NCBI GenBank assembly: GCA_002839745.1
Contig: PGYQ01000001.1
Location: 80,775-144,774 of the forward strand
From: Candidatus Kuenenbacteria bacterium HGW-Kuenenbacteria-1
Lineage (GTDB): Bacteria > Patescibacteriota > Patescibacteriia > UBA2591 > PGYQ01
Length of the DNA stretch: 64,000 nucleotides
Direction of reading: 5' to 3'
This document shows positions 37,014 through 51,098 of this stretch, piece by piece (position 1 is the first letter of the stretch; each line of letters begins with the position of its first letter). Under the pieces are notes generated by a model. The model saw only the letters and a program-made list of their open reading frames with translations. It ran no database searches and was not told where the DNA came from. Position numbers and translations under genes: made by a program.

Positions 37014-38567
37014 TTAGAAATTTAATTTAAAATTTTCAATTAAACTTTTTCCTTTCATTTCTTTTGGTTTTTCTATTTCGAATAATTCTAAAATTGTTGG
37101 AGCGACATCGGATAAAATTCCATCTTTTCTTAATTTTCTTTTTTGATTATCTACTAAAATAAATGGCACGGGATTTTTTGAATGTTTTGTGTCAATTTCT
37201 CCAGTTTCCAAATTAATCATTTCCTCAACATTGCCATGATCAGCTGTTATTATTACTGTTCCATTTTTTTCTTGAACCTTTTTAATAATTTTTCCCACAC
37301 ATTTATCAACGCATTCTATTGCTTGGATAGCTGCTTTTAAATTTCCTGTATGACCAATAATATCTGGGTTAGCAAAATTCACCGCAATAAAATCATAATT
37401 TAATTTATTTAAAACTGTTTTTGTAATTTCTGGCGCGCTCATTTCTGGTTGTTTATCATAATAAGGAATATCTAATGAAGGAATTTTTATTCTTTCTTCG
37501 CCATTCACAGGATCAGCATATCCGCCATTAATAAAATAAGTCATATGAGCATATTTTTCTGTTTCAGCAATATAAACTTGTTTAAATTTTTCCAAAACAA
37601 GAGGCAAACACATTTTTATATCACGAGACGGAAAAGCTGTAAAAACATGAGGTAAATCAGGTCCAAAATCAGTCATTGCTACAAAACGAATATTTTGCAA
37701 AACTTTCTTTCTTTTAAATGAACCTTCGTTCATTTTATTAAAATCTTTTTGAAGAAACGCCTTGGTTAATTCTCTAGCGCGATCAGATCTTAAATTAGAA
37801 AAAACAATCATATCATTGTCATGAATAACACTTATTGGTTTTTTGTTTTTTGTAATTACTGTCGGAGAAATATATTCATCAGTTAAATTTTTATTATAAG
37901 CCTTTGAAATTGCTTGTTCTGGACTTTCCGCTCCCTCCCCCTTTCCTAAAACCATTGCATTATAAACACTTTCAATTCTTTCCCATTTTTTCTTTCTATC
38001 CATGGCAAAAAATCGTCCAGAAATTGTAGCAATTTTTTCTTGACCTTGAAAATAAGCCTCAACTTTTTTTAAATATTTTATTGCTCCATGCTGAGAAGAA
38101 TCGCGACCATCAGTGAAAAAATGAAAAAAAATTTTATTACTATTTATTCCTTGTTGTTCAATTAATTTTAATAAAGCGTGAATATGACTCAAATCAGTAT
38201 GAGGACTTTGTGAACCTGAAAGCAAACTCATTAAATGAATATTTGTTTTATATTTTTTTGTGTGTTTTATTGCTTCTAAAATGGCTGTATTTTTAAAAAA
38301 TGTTCCATCAATAATACTTTCTGAAATATAAACAGCATCTTGTTTAACTATTCTGCCAGCTCCTAAATTAATATGCCCGGCTTCAGAATTGCCATCCTGA
38401 TAATTAGGTAAGCCAACATATTTTCCATGGGCTTTTAATAAAGTATTTGGATATTTTTTATATAAAAAATCCATCACTGGCGTCTTGGCTAAAGTGACAG
38501 CATTTCCTTTTGACGCCGGAGCAATTCCCCAGCCATCAAGAATAATTAAAACTATTGGTTTTGACAT
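37014..38567 (-). CDS. gpmI: second, diverged paralog of 2,3-bisphosphoglycerate-independent phosphoglycerate mutase. The start is probably the internal Met, so the called ORF extends 23 codons upstream.
   Basis: MSKPIVLIILDGWGIAPASKGNAVTLAKTP ... ADHGNVEE. Tandem with the first copy and roughly half of residues identical by eye. Confidence 0.85.
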   Translation of the reverse strand: MSKPIVLIILDGWGIAPASKGNAVTLAKTPVMDFLYKKYPNTLLKAHGKYVGLPNYQDGNSEAGHINLGAGRIVKQDAVYISESIIDGTFFKNTAILEAIKHTKKYKTNIHLMSLLSGSQSPHTDLSHIHALLKLIEQQGINSNKIFFHFFTDGRDSSQHGAIKYLKKVEAYFQGQEKIATISGRFFAMDRKKKWERIESVYNAMVLGKGEGAESPEQAISKAYNKNLTDEYISPTVITKNKKPISVIHDNDMIVFSNLRSDRARELTKAFLQKDFNKMNEGSFKRKKVLQNIRFVAMTDFGPDLPHVFTAFPSRDIKMCLPLVLEKFKQVYIAETEKYAHMTYFINGGYADPVNGEERIKIPSLDIPYYDKQPEMSAPEITKTVLNKLNYDFIAVNFANPDIIGHTGNLKAAIQAIECVDKCVGKIIKKVQEKNGTVIITADHGNVEEMINLETGEIDTKHSKNPVPFILVDNQKRKLRKDGILSDVAPTILELFEIEKPKEMKGKSLIENFKLNF

Positions 38568-38694
38568 AAGAAAAATATTTAAAAAAATTCTAAATTTTAA
38601 ATTTCTAAAACCTAGAACATAATTAAAATTATACAAAAAAACTTCAAAATAGCAATTTAAAAATAAAAGATTATAATTTTTATTATTTTAATAA

Positions 38695-39135
38695 TTAAAA
38701 ATCAGCAACTTCTTGCCATGAAATAATATTAATTGTTGGATTTATTTTATCAATAATAATTTTTGCTTTTCTAATAATTATTCCGACTGTGCCAGATGAA
38801 GTGATTGTGCGATTTTGTCCACCTTGACTTGTGACAGTGTAAGCGCAAATTCCTTGTCCCAATGTAAGACTGCCACTACCAGTATATGAAGTTGAATCTC
38901 TCATTTGTTGAAGCGCTTCTTCTGCGCAGGCATTAGTCAATGCTTTGGCTTGATTTGATTGCTCAATTGCAAAACTTGTTCGCGATGATCCAACACCAAG
39001 CAAAAGCAATGATACTACAATTGCTATTCCAATCGCACCTAACACTAACACGCTTATTAATACCACATATCCATTATTTTTATATTTAACGGAGCGAAGC
39101 AGATCCATAAAATGTTTTTGAAAAATTATACTCAT
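38695..39135 (-). CDS. PilX-like minor pilus assembly protein (N-terminal TM, no prepilin cleavage motif)
   Basis: NGYVVLISVLVLGAIGIAIVVSLLLLGVGSSRTSFAIEQSNQAKALTNACAEEALQ resembles the PilX N-terminal domain. Overlaps the upstream pilin gene. Confidence 0.45.
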   Translation of the reverse strand: MSIIFQKHFMDLLRSVKYKNNGYVVLISVLVLGAIGIAIVVSLLLLGVGSSRTSFAIEQSNQAKALTNACAEEALQQMRDSTSYTGSGSLTLGQGICAYTVTSQGGQNRTITSSGTVGIIIRKAKIIIDKINPTINIISWQEVADF

Positions 39136-39637
39136 TACGATTTGATAAATTTTGATGTATAAGTGTAAATTGAATACGAATTATGCCTGACGTATTAGTG
39201 CGAGATAAATTTGAAAAAGAAAGATTAGAAACAATAACGCGAGAATTGGTAATAGACACATTTGAACCGGTCCCCTCTTTAATTTTAATCACGCCGTTAG
39301 TAAGATCAAAAATTGTCGGATCATTTGCACTAGCAATAACATCTAATGTTAAAGATGAAGCGCTTATGCCTTGCAAAGGCGAAATGATGGCTTCCGCATT
39401 CCGCGCTGTTTGTGTAATAATTTGCATCACTGCTAATCCTTGTTGTTCCACTTCAGCAATGGTTTGATTTTTCACACGCGATTGAAGTAATAAAAATAAA
39501 AATATAGAAATAGCCAAAAGCATTATTGATGCAATGCTAATGTAAAGCAATAATTCAATAAGAGTAAAACCCTTGGTAGCTTTTAGCTGATAGCTGTTAG
39601 CTAATAGGTTTTTAAATTTATTTTTTTTTATTTTCAT
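39086..39637 (-). CDS. type IV pilin / pseudopilin with a prepilin-type N-terminal cleavage/methylation motif
   Basis: Leader ...SYQLKATKG|FTLIELLLYISIASIMLLAI. The G-F-T-L-I-E motif is followed by a hydrophobic helix. Confidence 0.65.
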   Translation of the reverse strand: MKIKKNKFKNLLANSYQLKATKGFTLIELLLYISIASIMLLAISIFLFLLLQSRVKNQTIAEVEQQGLAVMQIITQTARNAEAIISPLQGISASSLTLDVIASANDPTIFDLTNGVIKIKEGTGSNVSITNSRVIVSNLSFSNLSRTNTSGIIRIQFTLIHQNLSNRNEYNFSKTFYGSASLR

Positions 39638-39693
39638 AATTAAAAAGCTAATTAATTTATTAGAAATTTCCTAAAAAGCTAAGAAGCTAGAAC

Positions 39694-40305
39694 TTATTTT
39701 GCGCAACAAGTGTCAGCAGAAGGAATAGTGCAAAAAGAGTCACCGCCAGATAAATATATTTCATTATATTTAACGCATTGTTGTTCATTTTGTCTGCAAA
39801 TGCCAGAAACATATCCTTGTTGCACAGCATAATCATTGCAAGAACCAGGAACAGGCGCGCTTTTTTGCCAATTTGTCATTCTAGAACTTAATGACACCAA
39901 GCCAACCCGTTGTGGATTTTGTTGCCATGTAATATTTGAAATAATATTTTTACGATTTAAATCAATTGATGAAATAATAATTTGTCTAGTAAAAATATCA
40001 TTCATATCTTGCGAGCCAGAAAAATTCCATTGATTACCAGAAATTACAAGACCATGATTTGCATCAGTTAAATTATTAAAATTAGCATCACGAATATTAC
40101 GCGTTGCTTCTAATCCTTCCTCAGCCAACATTGTTGCTCGTACTCGATTACCCGCAAACACACTTGCTTCTTGCGCATAGAGATATGCGCCCACAAATGT
40201 CGTAACCAATAAAACAAAAATTGCGCTAACAAGTATAATTTCAACAAGACTAAAACCTTTATTAAGTGTTAAGTTGAAAAAATTGTGTTTTGATTTTATT
40301 TTCAT
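39694..40305 (-). CDS. type IV pilin / pseudopilin with a cysteine-rich C-terminus
   Basis: Leader ...TLNKG|FSLVEIILVSAIFVLLV. C-terminal CNDYAVQQGYVSGICRQNEQQCVKYN...FCTIPSADTCCAK carries 7 Cys. Confidence 0.65.
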   Translation of the reverse strand: MKIKSKHNFFNLTLNKGFSLVEIILVSAIFVLLVTTFVGAYLYAQEASVFAGNRVRATMLAEEGLEATRNIRDANFNNLTDANHGLVISGNQWNFSGSQDMNDIFTRQIIISSIDLNRKNIISNITWQQNPQRVGLVSLSSRMTNWQKSAPVPGSCNDYAVQQGYVSGICRQNEQQCVKYNEIYLSGGDSFCTIPSADTCCAK

Positions 40306-40371
40306 TTTTTTAAAATAAAAATAAACAATAAAACTTTAAAAAAAGAATAAACTTTTATATTAGGCTTAGTC

Positions 40372-44167
<3,796 letters not shown>

Positions 44168-44209
44168 AAAATAATTTTAATAGAAATATACAGGGGTTGA
44201 GTCCTATAT

Positions 44210-45637
44210 TTAGGAAATTAAAAAGGCTTTATAACCTAAATAAGCACAATAAATATCAGCTTTGGAAACAATTTCTAATGGAGCGTGCATATTAAATAAT
44301 GCTACTCCAATATCAACAACATCAATATTACGATTAGCTAAATATTTAGCGATTGTTCCTCCACCACTCTGATCAACTTTACCACCTAATCCACCAGAAA
44401 ACTGATAAACAATATTTTTATCTTGTTTAAATATATTTTTCAATTTTTGCAAAAACTCAGCCGATGCTTCAGAAGTAGAATATTTACCACCATGACCAGT
44501 ATGTTTTTCTATAGCTAATCCAAATCCCATTTTACAAACATTTTTTAATTCAACAAAATTTTTATAATCAGGATCTAGCGCCACTGTCACATCAGCTGAA
44601 ATTGCTTGACTTAAAGAATAAGAATTATAAATTTCTTCTAAACTACTTTTACTTTTATTTAATTTTAAAATATTCAACAAAAAATTTTCAATAAACAATG
44701 ATTGAGAGCCAGTATTTCCATCTGATCCTATTTCTTCTCTATCAATTAAAATACAAATTTGCGTTTGATCAACTATTTTCGCATCTAAAAAACTCATTAA
44801 AGATGAATAAGCGCACACCTTATCATCATGTCCATAAGCTGAAATTAAACTTCTATCAAAACCCAAATCTCTTGCTTTTTCACTTGGCACAGCTTGTATT
44901 TCTGCGCTAACAAAATCCTCTTCTTTAATTCCATATTTATTAAAAAGATATTCTAATATTGCTAATTTAACTTTTTCTTTAACTTTTTTATCATTAACAG
45001 GCAATGACCCTAATAATAAATTTAATTCTTCTCCTTTAATTTCATGAAATTCAGATTTCCCTCCACTAACATTTCGATCAAGATGCGGTAATAAATCTGT
45101 AATCATAAAAATCGGTTCATCAATTTTTTCTCCAATTTTAATATTTACTTTTTTTCCATTTTCTAAATAAACAACTCCATACAAAGCTAATGAAACAGTT
45201 GGCCATTGATATTTTTTAATTCCTCCATAATAATGAGTTTTTGCAAAAACTAAATTTTCTTCTTCATAAAGTGGATTTACTTTAAAATCTAAATGAGGAG
45301 AATCAATATGCGACATAATTATTTTCATTCCTTTTTCTAATCCTTTTTTTCCAATTTTAGCTAAAAATAAACTTTTATCACGATTAACTGCATAAACTTT
45401 ATCACCAACAGAAAGAGATTTTATTTCTTTAATATTTTTAAAACCGTTTTCTTTAGCTAATTTAATTCCTTCTTCAACTGCTTCTCTTTCTGTTTTAGCT
45501 TCACTTACAAAATTTTTATAACCTTCAGCAAAATCAAAAGCATTTTTTTTAATTTTATCATCCCAAACTTCCCAACAACTTTTTTTTTCTAATTTAAGTT
45601 GTTTTTCTAATTTTTGATAATCGATTTTTTTAGACAT
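44210..45637 (-). CDS. M18-family (aspartyl/ApeA-like) aminopeptidase
   Basis: IIMSHIDSPHLDFKVNPL matches the M18 aHTDSPxL motif. The C-terminal HAPLE region is present. Confidence 0.7.
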   Translation of the reverse strand: MSKKIDYQKLEKQLKLEKKSCWEVWDDKIKKNAFDFAEGYKNFVSEAKTEREAVEEGIKLAKENGFKNIKEIKSLSVGDKVYAVNRDKSLFLAKIGKKGLEKGMKIIMSHIDSPHLDFKVNPLYEEENLVFAKTHYYGGIKKYQWPTVSLALYGVVYLENGKKVNIKIGEKIDEPIFMITDLLPHLDRNVSGGKSEFHEIKGEELNLLLGSLPVNDKKVKEKVKLAILEYLFNKYGIKEEDFVSAEIQAVPSEKARDLGFDRSLISAYGHDDKVCAYSSLMSFLDAKIVDQTQICILIDREEIGSDGNTGSQSLFIENFLLNILKLNKSKSSLEEIYNSYSLSQAISADVTVALDPDYKNFVELKNVCKMGFGLAIEKHTGHGGKYSTSEASAEFLQKLKNIFKQDKNIVYQFSGGLGGKVDQSGGGTIAKYLANRNIDVVDIGVALFNMHAPLEIVSKADIYCAYLGYKAFLIS

Positions 45638-45666
45638 AAAATAATAAGTTAAAAATAAAAGTTAAT

Positions 45667-47430
45667 TTATCTTTTTGCTTTTAAATTTTGTTTACGCAAA
45701 CGAATATTTTTTGGTGTAATTTCCAAATATTCATCTTCAGCGATAATTTCCAAACCACGTTCCAAAGTTAAGTCTATTGGCGTAATTAATTGAATAGCAA
45801 TGTCAGCGCCTGAAGATCGCATATTACTCAATTGTTTTCCTTTGGTTGGATTAACAACCATATTATAACCTTTGGCAGTATTGCCAATTACTTCGCCCTC
45901 ATAAACTTCTACATTTGGATTTATATATAAAGCGCCACGATCTTGAAGATTAGCCAAAGAAAACGCCAATGTCTTTCCTGTTTCTCCAGAAATCATAGAA
46001 CCCAAATTGTGTTTTTCAATTTCACCAGCATAAGGTTTAAAATCTATTAATTCGCTACACAAAATTCCCTCTCCTTTTGTGTCAACAATAAATTCACCTC
46101 GATAACCCAGAAATCCACGAGTTGGCATTTCAAAAATTAATCGGATATGATTTTGTTCTGGATTCATTTCAATCATTTGCCCTTTTCTTTTTGAAATTTT
46201 TTCTATAATAATACCAACAAATTCTTGCGGAACATCGATGGTAATTCTTTCAAATGGTTCATTTTTTTTACCATCAATTTCTTTAAAAATTACCTGCGGT
46301 TGAGAAACTTGAAGTTCAAATCCCTCGCGTCGCATATTTTCTAATAAAATAGCAATATGTAATTCACCACGACCAAAAATTTTATAATGTTCAATAGGAG
46401 AAAAATCTATTTTTAGTCCCACATTAACCTCTAATTCTTTTTCTAATCGTTCTTTAATTTGGCGACTAGTAACAAATTTTCCTTCCTTTCCCGCAAAAGG
46501 CGAATTATTAACTAAAAAATTTAAAGAAATTGTCGGCTCATCTATTCTAATAGCTGGTAAAAGTGCTTGATTCAAATTACTACAAATTGTGTCACCAATA
46601 TAAATGTTTGGTAATCCGGCAATCATAACAATATCTCCGCCTTTAATTTCTAAAACTTCTTTTCTTTCCACACCTTCAAAAGTGAAAGCCTTGGTAATAT
46701 TTCCGGAAATAATTTCTCCAGATTGTTTTTTAATAAAAACCTTATCCCCTACTTTTGCTGAACCTTGATAAACGCGACCAATGCCTAAACGACCCAAATA
46801 ATTATCATAAGCAAGATTGCATGGCTGAAAAGCAAATGATAAATTTTCATCAACTTTTGTGGATAAAACTTTTTCTAAAATTGTATCTAAAAGTGGAGTA
46901 AGATCTTTAGAATCGTCATCTAATTTTATTTTTGCAATACCTTGTTTGGCAATCGCGTAAATAGTAAAAAAATCCAATTGTTCGTCGTTAGCGCCTAAAT
47001 CCATAAAAAGTTCTAAAACTTTTTCATGAGCCCATTCTGGTCGAGCAGCTAATTTATCAATTTTATTAATCACTACAATTGGTTTTAATCCTAATTGTAA
47101 TGCCTTTTTTAAAACAAATTTAGTTTGAGGCATTGGACCTTCTTGCGCATCAACCAGTAAAAGCACAGAATCAATGGAACGTAAAACACGCTCTACTTCT
47201 GAACCAAAATCCGCGTGACCAGGAGTATCAACAATATTAATTTTAGTTCCCTTATAAAAAACCGAGGTATTTTTAGAATAAATTGTAATACCCCGTTCTT
47301 GTTCTAAGGCATTAGAATCCATGCTCGCTGTATCATCAGTAACCATACCGGTTTGACGCATTAAAGCATCTGTTAAACTTGTTTTGCCATGATCTACATG
47401 AGCAATAATTGCAATATTTCTAATTTCCAT
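45667..47430 (-). CDS. typA: translational GTPase TypA/BipA
   Basis: RNIAIIAHVDHGKTSLTDALM, DTPGHADFGSEVERV, NKIDK. 587 aa with a BipA-type C-terminal domain. Confidence 0.9.
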   Translation of the reverse strand: MEIRNIAIIAHVDHGKTSLTDALMRQTGMVTDDTASMDSNALEQERGITIYSKNTSVFYKGTKINIVDTPGHADFGSEVERVLRSIDSVLLLVDAQEGPMPQTKFVLKKALQLGLKPIVVINKIDKLAARPEWAHEKVLELFMDLGANDEQLDFFTIYAIAKQGIAKIKLDDDSKDLTPLLDTILEKVLSTKVDENLSFAFQPCNLAYDNYLGRLGIGRVYQGSAKVGDKVFIKKQSGEIISGNITKAFTFEGVERKEVLEIKGGDIVMIAGLPNIYIGDTICSNLNQALLPAIRIDEPTISLNFLVNNSPFAGKEGKFVTSRQIKERLEKELEVNVGLKIDFSPIEHYKIFGRGELHIAILLENMRREGFELQVSQPQVIFKEIDGKKNEPFERITIDVPQEFVGIIIEKISKRKGQMIEMNPEQNHIRLIFEMPTRGFLGYRGEFIVDTKGEGILCSELIDFKPYAGEIEKHNLGSMISGETGKTLAFSLANLQDRGALYINPNVEVYEGEVIGNTAKGYNMVVNPTKGKQLSNMRSSGADIAIQLITPIDLTLERGLEIIAEDEYLEITPKNIRLRKQNLKAKR

Positions 47431-47520
47431 AATTAATTAAATTAAACAATTAAAATTAAATTAAATTATTATAATTAAATTATAACAAAAAAACAAAAAA
47501 TCAGCAATTTAAAAAATTTT

Positions 47521-47548
47521 CATTCCTTTGATGGCCATCAAAGGAATG
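47521..47548 (-). terminator. rho-independent terminator downstream of the pilin gene 47574..48044
   Basis: Perfect palindrome CATTCCTTTGATGG|CCATCAAAGGAATG. On the minus strand it is followed by AAAATTTTTT. Confidence 0.55.
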
Positions 47549-47573
47549 AAAGTTTTGCTAATTTTTTTTATAT

Positions 47574-48044
47574 TTAATATTGAATTAATCCTTTATTATT
47601 AATAATAATATTCCGCGCTTCATTATTATTAGTCAAAGTAATTATTCCTGTGGTTTGTGGAAAGCCAGTAAATTTTGCAAAAACTATTTCAGAAAGTCCT
47701 GATTGAATAATATTTGTTGGTATTTCAAACACTTCATCAAAAGCAATATCTCGTATAGCATAACTTTCGCCTTTAAATAAAGTGATATTTCCTATTGTAA
47801 TATGCATACCCCATGAAATATCACCATTAATTGCTTGTGATAAAACTTGTGCGCGACGCAATGTTTGAACAATTTCATTTGTCGCAACATCAAGATTATT
47901 TTTATTTTGAAATGACTGAGAAATTGGAAAGGAAATTCCAGCAATAATTGTGATTAACGCGACAGAAAGCATTGCTTCTAACAAGGTAAAACCTTGAGAA
48001 GTTTTTAGCTGATAGCTTTTAGCTGTTAGGAAATTAAAAAACAT
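47574..48044 (-). CDS. type IV pilin / pseudopilin
   Basis: Leader MFFNFLTAKSYQLKTSQG|FTLLEAMLSVALITIIAG. Confidence 0.65.
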   Translation of the reverse strand: MFFNFLTAKSYQLKTSQGFTLLEAMLSVALITIIAGISFPISQSFQNKNNLDVATNEIVQTLRRAQVLSQAINGDISWGMHITIGNITLFKGESYAIRDIAFDEVFEIPTNIIQSGLSEIVFAKFTGFPQTTGIITLTNNNEARNIIINNKGLIQY

Positions 48045-48097
48045 AAAAATATTTGATATTTACATTTTACATTTTTATTAGAAAGCTAAGAAGTTAA

Positions 48098-49162
48098 TTA
48101 ACTAGCTTTAAATCCTCCGATTAAACTATAAATCGGTAAAATGATTGCCATTGCTACCGCAACAACACCCAACCATACAATTACCAGCAATATTGGCTCT
48201 AAAAGAACACTTAAATTTTTTGTTGTATTATCTGTTTTGGCTTCAAATGTCTGACCAATTTTTAATAACACAATAGAAAGTGTAGCTGATTGCTCCCCAA
48301 TAATTATCAGTTGCTGAATAGATGCGGGAATTAAACGATTAATATTTTTAAAAGAAACAAAACTTTTTTGAAATGAATTGCCTTCGGCAATTGAATCGCG
48401 TAAATGAATGTAAAAATTTTTATATTGCAAAATTTCTGTGGCGCTAATCAGCGAGTCCAGTGCTTGAATAATTGGTAAACCAGCAGAAAGTAATGTACCT
48501 AAAAGATAGCCAAAACGCGTTAATTCCACTTCTTTAATTAATTGTTTAACGCCGGGCAAAGAAAATAAAAAATATTGACCAATAACTTTTGTTTTAGAAA
48601 AAGAAAAAATAAAATAAAATAAAACACCAATGATTACAACTATCATTGGTATCGCATATTGTCCATAATGACCTAAAAAATCTCCAAAACTAATTAAAAT
48701 TTTAGTAATTAATGGTAGTTCTATTTTAAGTTGAGTAAATACTGATGTTAATTTTGGTAAAATAAACCAAGCAATACCGATTCCAATAATCACTGTCAAT
48801 GATAATACAAATATCGGATACATCATTGCCGAACTAAGTTTTGATTTTAATGCGCGATTTTTTTCTTGTTCATAAGAGACTATTTTTAAATTTTCAATTA
48901 GTTTTCCAGATTTCTCACCCAAACGAATCAACGAAATAGCGTAATCAGCAAATAAATTCGTTTTTTGAAGCGCTTTCCAAATTGGTGAACCAGATTCAAT
49001 ATCTGCGCGAATAAAAACTAAAATTTTTTTTATGCGAGATGAACGCAATTCTTTAGAAATAGAATCTATTGCACTTAAAATCGGCATACCCGAAGCAACT
49101 AATATGCTTAAATTTTCAACAAAAAAATCTCGTTCTTTATTGAGGAAAAAAGTTGATAGCAT
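48098..49162 (-). CDS. pilC: type IV pilus / type II secretion platform protein (GspF/PilC family)
   Basis: Two T2SSF-like repeats and three TM segments. 354 aa. Confidence 0.75.
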   Translation of the reverse strand: MLSTFFLNKERDFFVENLSILVASGMPILSAIDSISKELRSSRIKKILVFIRADIESGSPIWKALQKTNLFADYAISLIRLGEKSGKLIENLKIVSYEQEKNRALKSKLSSAMMYPIFVLSLTVIIGIGIAWFILPKLTSVFTQLKIELPLITKILISFGDFLGHYGQYAIPMIVVIIGVLFYFIFSFSKTKVIGQYFLFSLPGVKQLIKEVELTRFGYLLGTLLSAGLPIIQALDSLISATEILQYKNFYIHLRDSIAEGNSFQKSFVSFKNINRLIPASIQQLIIIGEQSATLSIVLLKIGQTFEAKTDNTTKNLSVLLEPILLVIVWLGVVAVAMAIILPIYSLIGGFKAS

Positions 49163-49334
49163 ATAAAAATGTAAAATGTAAATATCAAAAATAAATAATT
49201 TCTAAACTTTGGCAAAAATCTTAAAATTTATTGTCATCCCGACCGAGGCTTCCAAGCGGAGGAATCCCTTTTTTATTATTTAAATCCGCTAGCTAGTGGA
49301 GAAAAAGGAAAATTTTTCATTTTAATTTTACCTA

Positions 49335-50993
49335 TTAATTGTCGTGCGCTTCGCACGGCGGTTCTGCGACTCTTAATAATTCTTCAATTGTTGTAATGCC
49401 TGTTTTAACTTTTTCTATACCATCTTCAAAAAGCGATTGCGAACCTTGTTTACGCGCTAATTTCCATATTTCTTGCGTTGACGGCGATTTTAAAATAAGA
49501 TTTTGCATCTCTGAAGTAATTTGAATAAATTCAAAAATTGCGGTTCTACCTTTATATCCTGTATGATTACAAGTTTCACATCCTTTACCTTGATAAAGCG
49601 TAATAGATTCTTCAGAAAAAAAACGAGTTATAGATTTAAATTGCGAAATATTAAGTTCGCTAACTTTTTTTATTACACTGCAACGGCAATGATCACAAAT
49701 TTTTCTAACCAATCTTTGAGCAATCACTACATTTAATGTAGAAGCCAATAAAAATGGTTCAGCGCCCATATCTAAAATACGCGGAATAGCGGTTGCCGCA
49801 TCATTGGAATGAAAAGTAGAATACAATAAATGCCCAGTCAAAGCCGCATTAACTGAAATTTCTGCTGTTTCATTGTCTCTTATTTCGCCCACTAAAATAA
49901 TATCCGGATCTTGACGAACAATTGATCGCAAACCTTTAGAAAATGTTAAACTGGTTTGCGTATTAACTTGAATTTGATTTATGCCTTGAATTTTATATTC
50001 AATTGGATCTTCAATAGTTGTAATATTTACATCCGGATTATTTATTAATTTTATTAACGCATACAATGTTGTTGTTTTTCCACTACCTGTTGGTCCTACA
50101 ACAAGAATCATACCAAATGGTTTTTCGGTTGATGTTTTTAATAATTTTTGATGTGGCAAAGAAAGACCCAAATCACCTAAAGTAAATCCTTGCACATATG
50201 CCGCTAAAACACGCAATACTACTTTTTCTCCTTCAATTGTTGGCACAATTGAAACGCGCATATCCACTGCTGTGTTATTCCTTTCATATCGCAAAGAGCC
50301 ATCTTGAGCGGAAAAATGCTCATCAATCCGCAAACTGCTTTGAACTTTAATTCTGTTTAAAATATTTTCATAAAATTCTTTTGGAATACAACCTGCTTCT
50401 TGAAGCACGCCATCAATACGAAATCGAATAACAATTTTATTTTTTTGAGGTTCAAAATGAATATCAGACGCATTATAAACAAGTGCGTCTTCAAAAATTT
50501 CTTCCAATAATTTAGGAGCAACGCGGTCTTGTTTTTCAAAAATTTTAGAAAAACGTGTTTCAAGTGATTTTTGATAATGAACAAAACAAGAGTCAATATC
50601 TTCAGAAAGAGAATAAGTAATTTTAATTTTTTGTTTATCAAATAATAACTTCAATTCTAAAAGTAATTGAGGATTTTGTGGATTATCCGTGGCAATAATA
50701 ATTTCATTTTCTGTTTCAAAAAAAACAACCGCGCGAATCAATGTTGCAATTTTTTTAGGTATTTTTAATATCTGTTCTTTTGAGGGTAAATTTGAATTAA
50801 GATCCGAATAAGAAATATTAAATGACTCAGCAATCGCTTGTCCCAAAAGATCTTTTGTGATCAATCCTTCTAAAAAAAGATATTCAGTCATTAAAGTATG
50901 ATGCGTTTTAGCATACTCTTCAGCTTTTTGAATATCTTTCTTAGTAATATAATTTCCTTGCAAAAGAATTTGTTTTAATATTGTGTCATTCAT
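49335..50993 (-). CDS. pilB: type IV pilus assembly / type II secretion ATPase (GspE/PilB family)
   Basis: N-terminal GspE_N region. Walker A VGPTGSGKTTTLYA. Asp box and Walker B IILVGEIRD. His box. C-terminal tetracysteine CDHCRC...CETCNHTGYKGRTAIFE. Confidence 0.85.
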   Translation of the reverse strand: MNDTILKQILLQGNYITKKDIQKAEEYAKTHHTLMTEYLFLEGLITKDLLGQAIAESFNISYSDLNSNLPSKEQILKIPKKIATLIRAVVFFETENEIIIATDNPQNPQLLLELKLLFDKQKIKITYSLSEDIDSCFVHYQKSLETRFSKIFEKQDRVAPKLLEEIFEDALVYNASDIHFEPQKNKIVIRFRIDGVLQEAGCIPKEFYENILNRIKVQSSLRIDEHFSAQDGSLRYERNNTAVDMRVSIVPTIEGEKVVLRVLAAYVQGFTLGDLGLSLPHQKLLKTSTEKPFGMILVVGPTGSGKTTTLYALIKLINNPDVNITTIEDPIEYKIQGINQIQVNTQTSLTFSKGLRSIVRQDPDIILVGEIRDNETAEISVNAALTGHLLYSTFHSNDAATAIPRILDMGAEPFLLASTLNVVIAQRLVRKICDHCRCSVIKKVSELNISQFKSITRFFSEESITLYQGKGCETCNHTGYKGRTAIFEFIQITSEMQNLILKSPSTQEIWKLARKQGSQSLFEDGIEKVKTGITTIEELLRVAEPPCEAHDN

Positions 50994-51098
50994 AATAAAT
51001 GTTAGCTGTTAAGGGTTAATATTGGTATGAAACCAATGTACCCTAAATATCAATTTGGGAATTTTTATTAATTTTTAATTTTAAAAAAGATTAAATTT

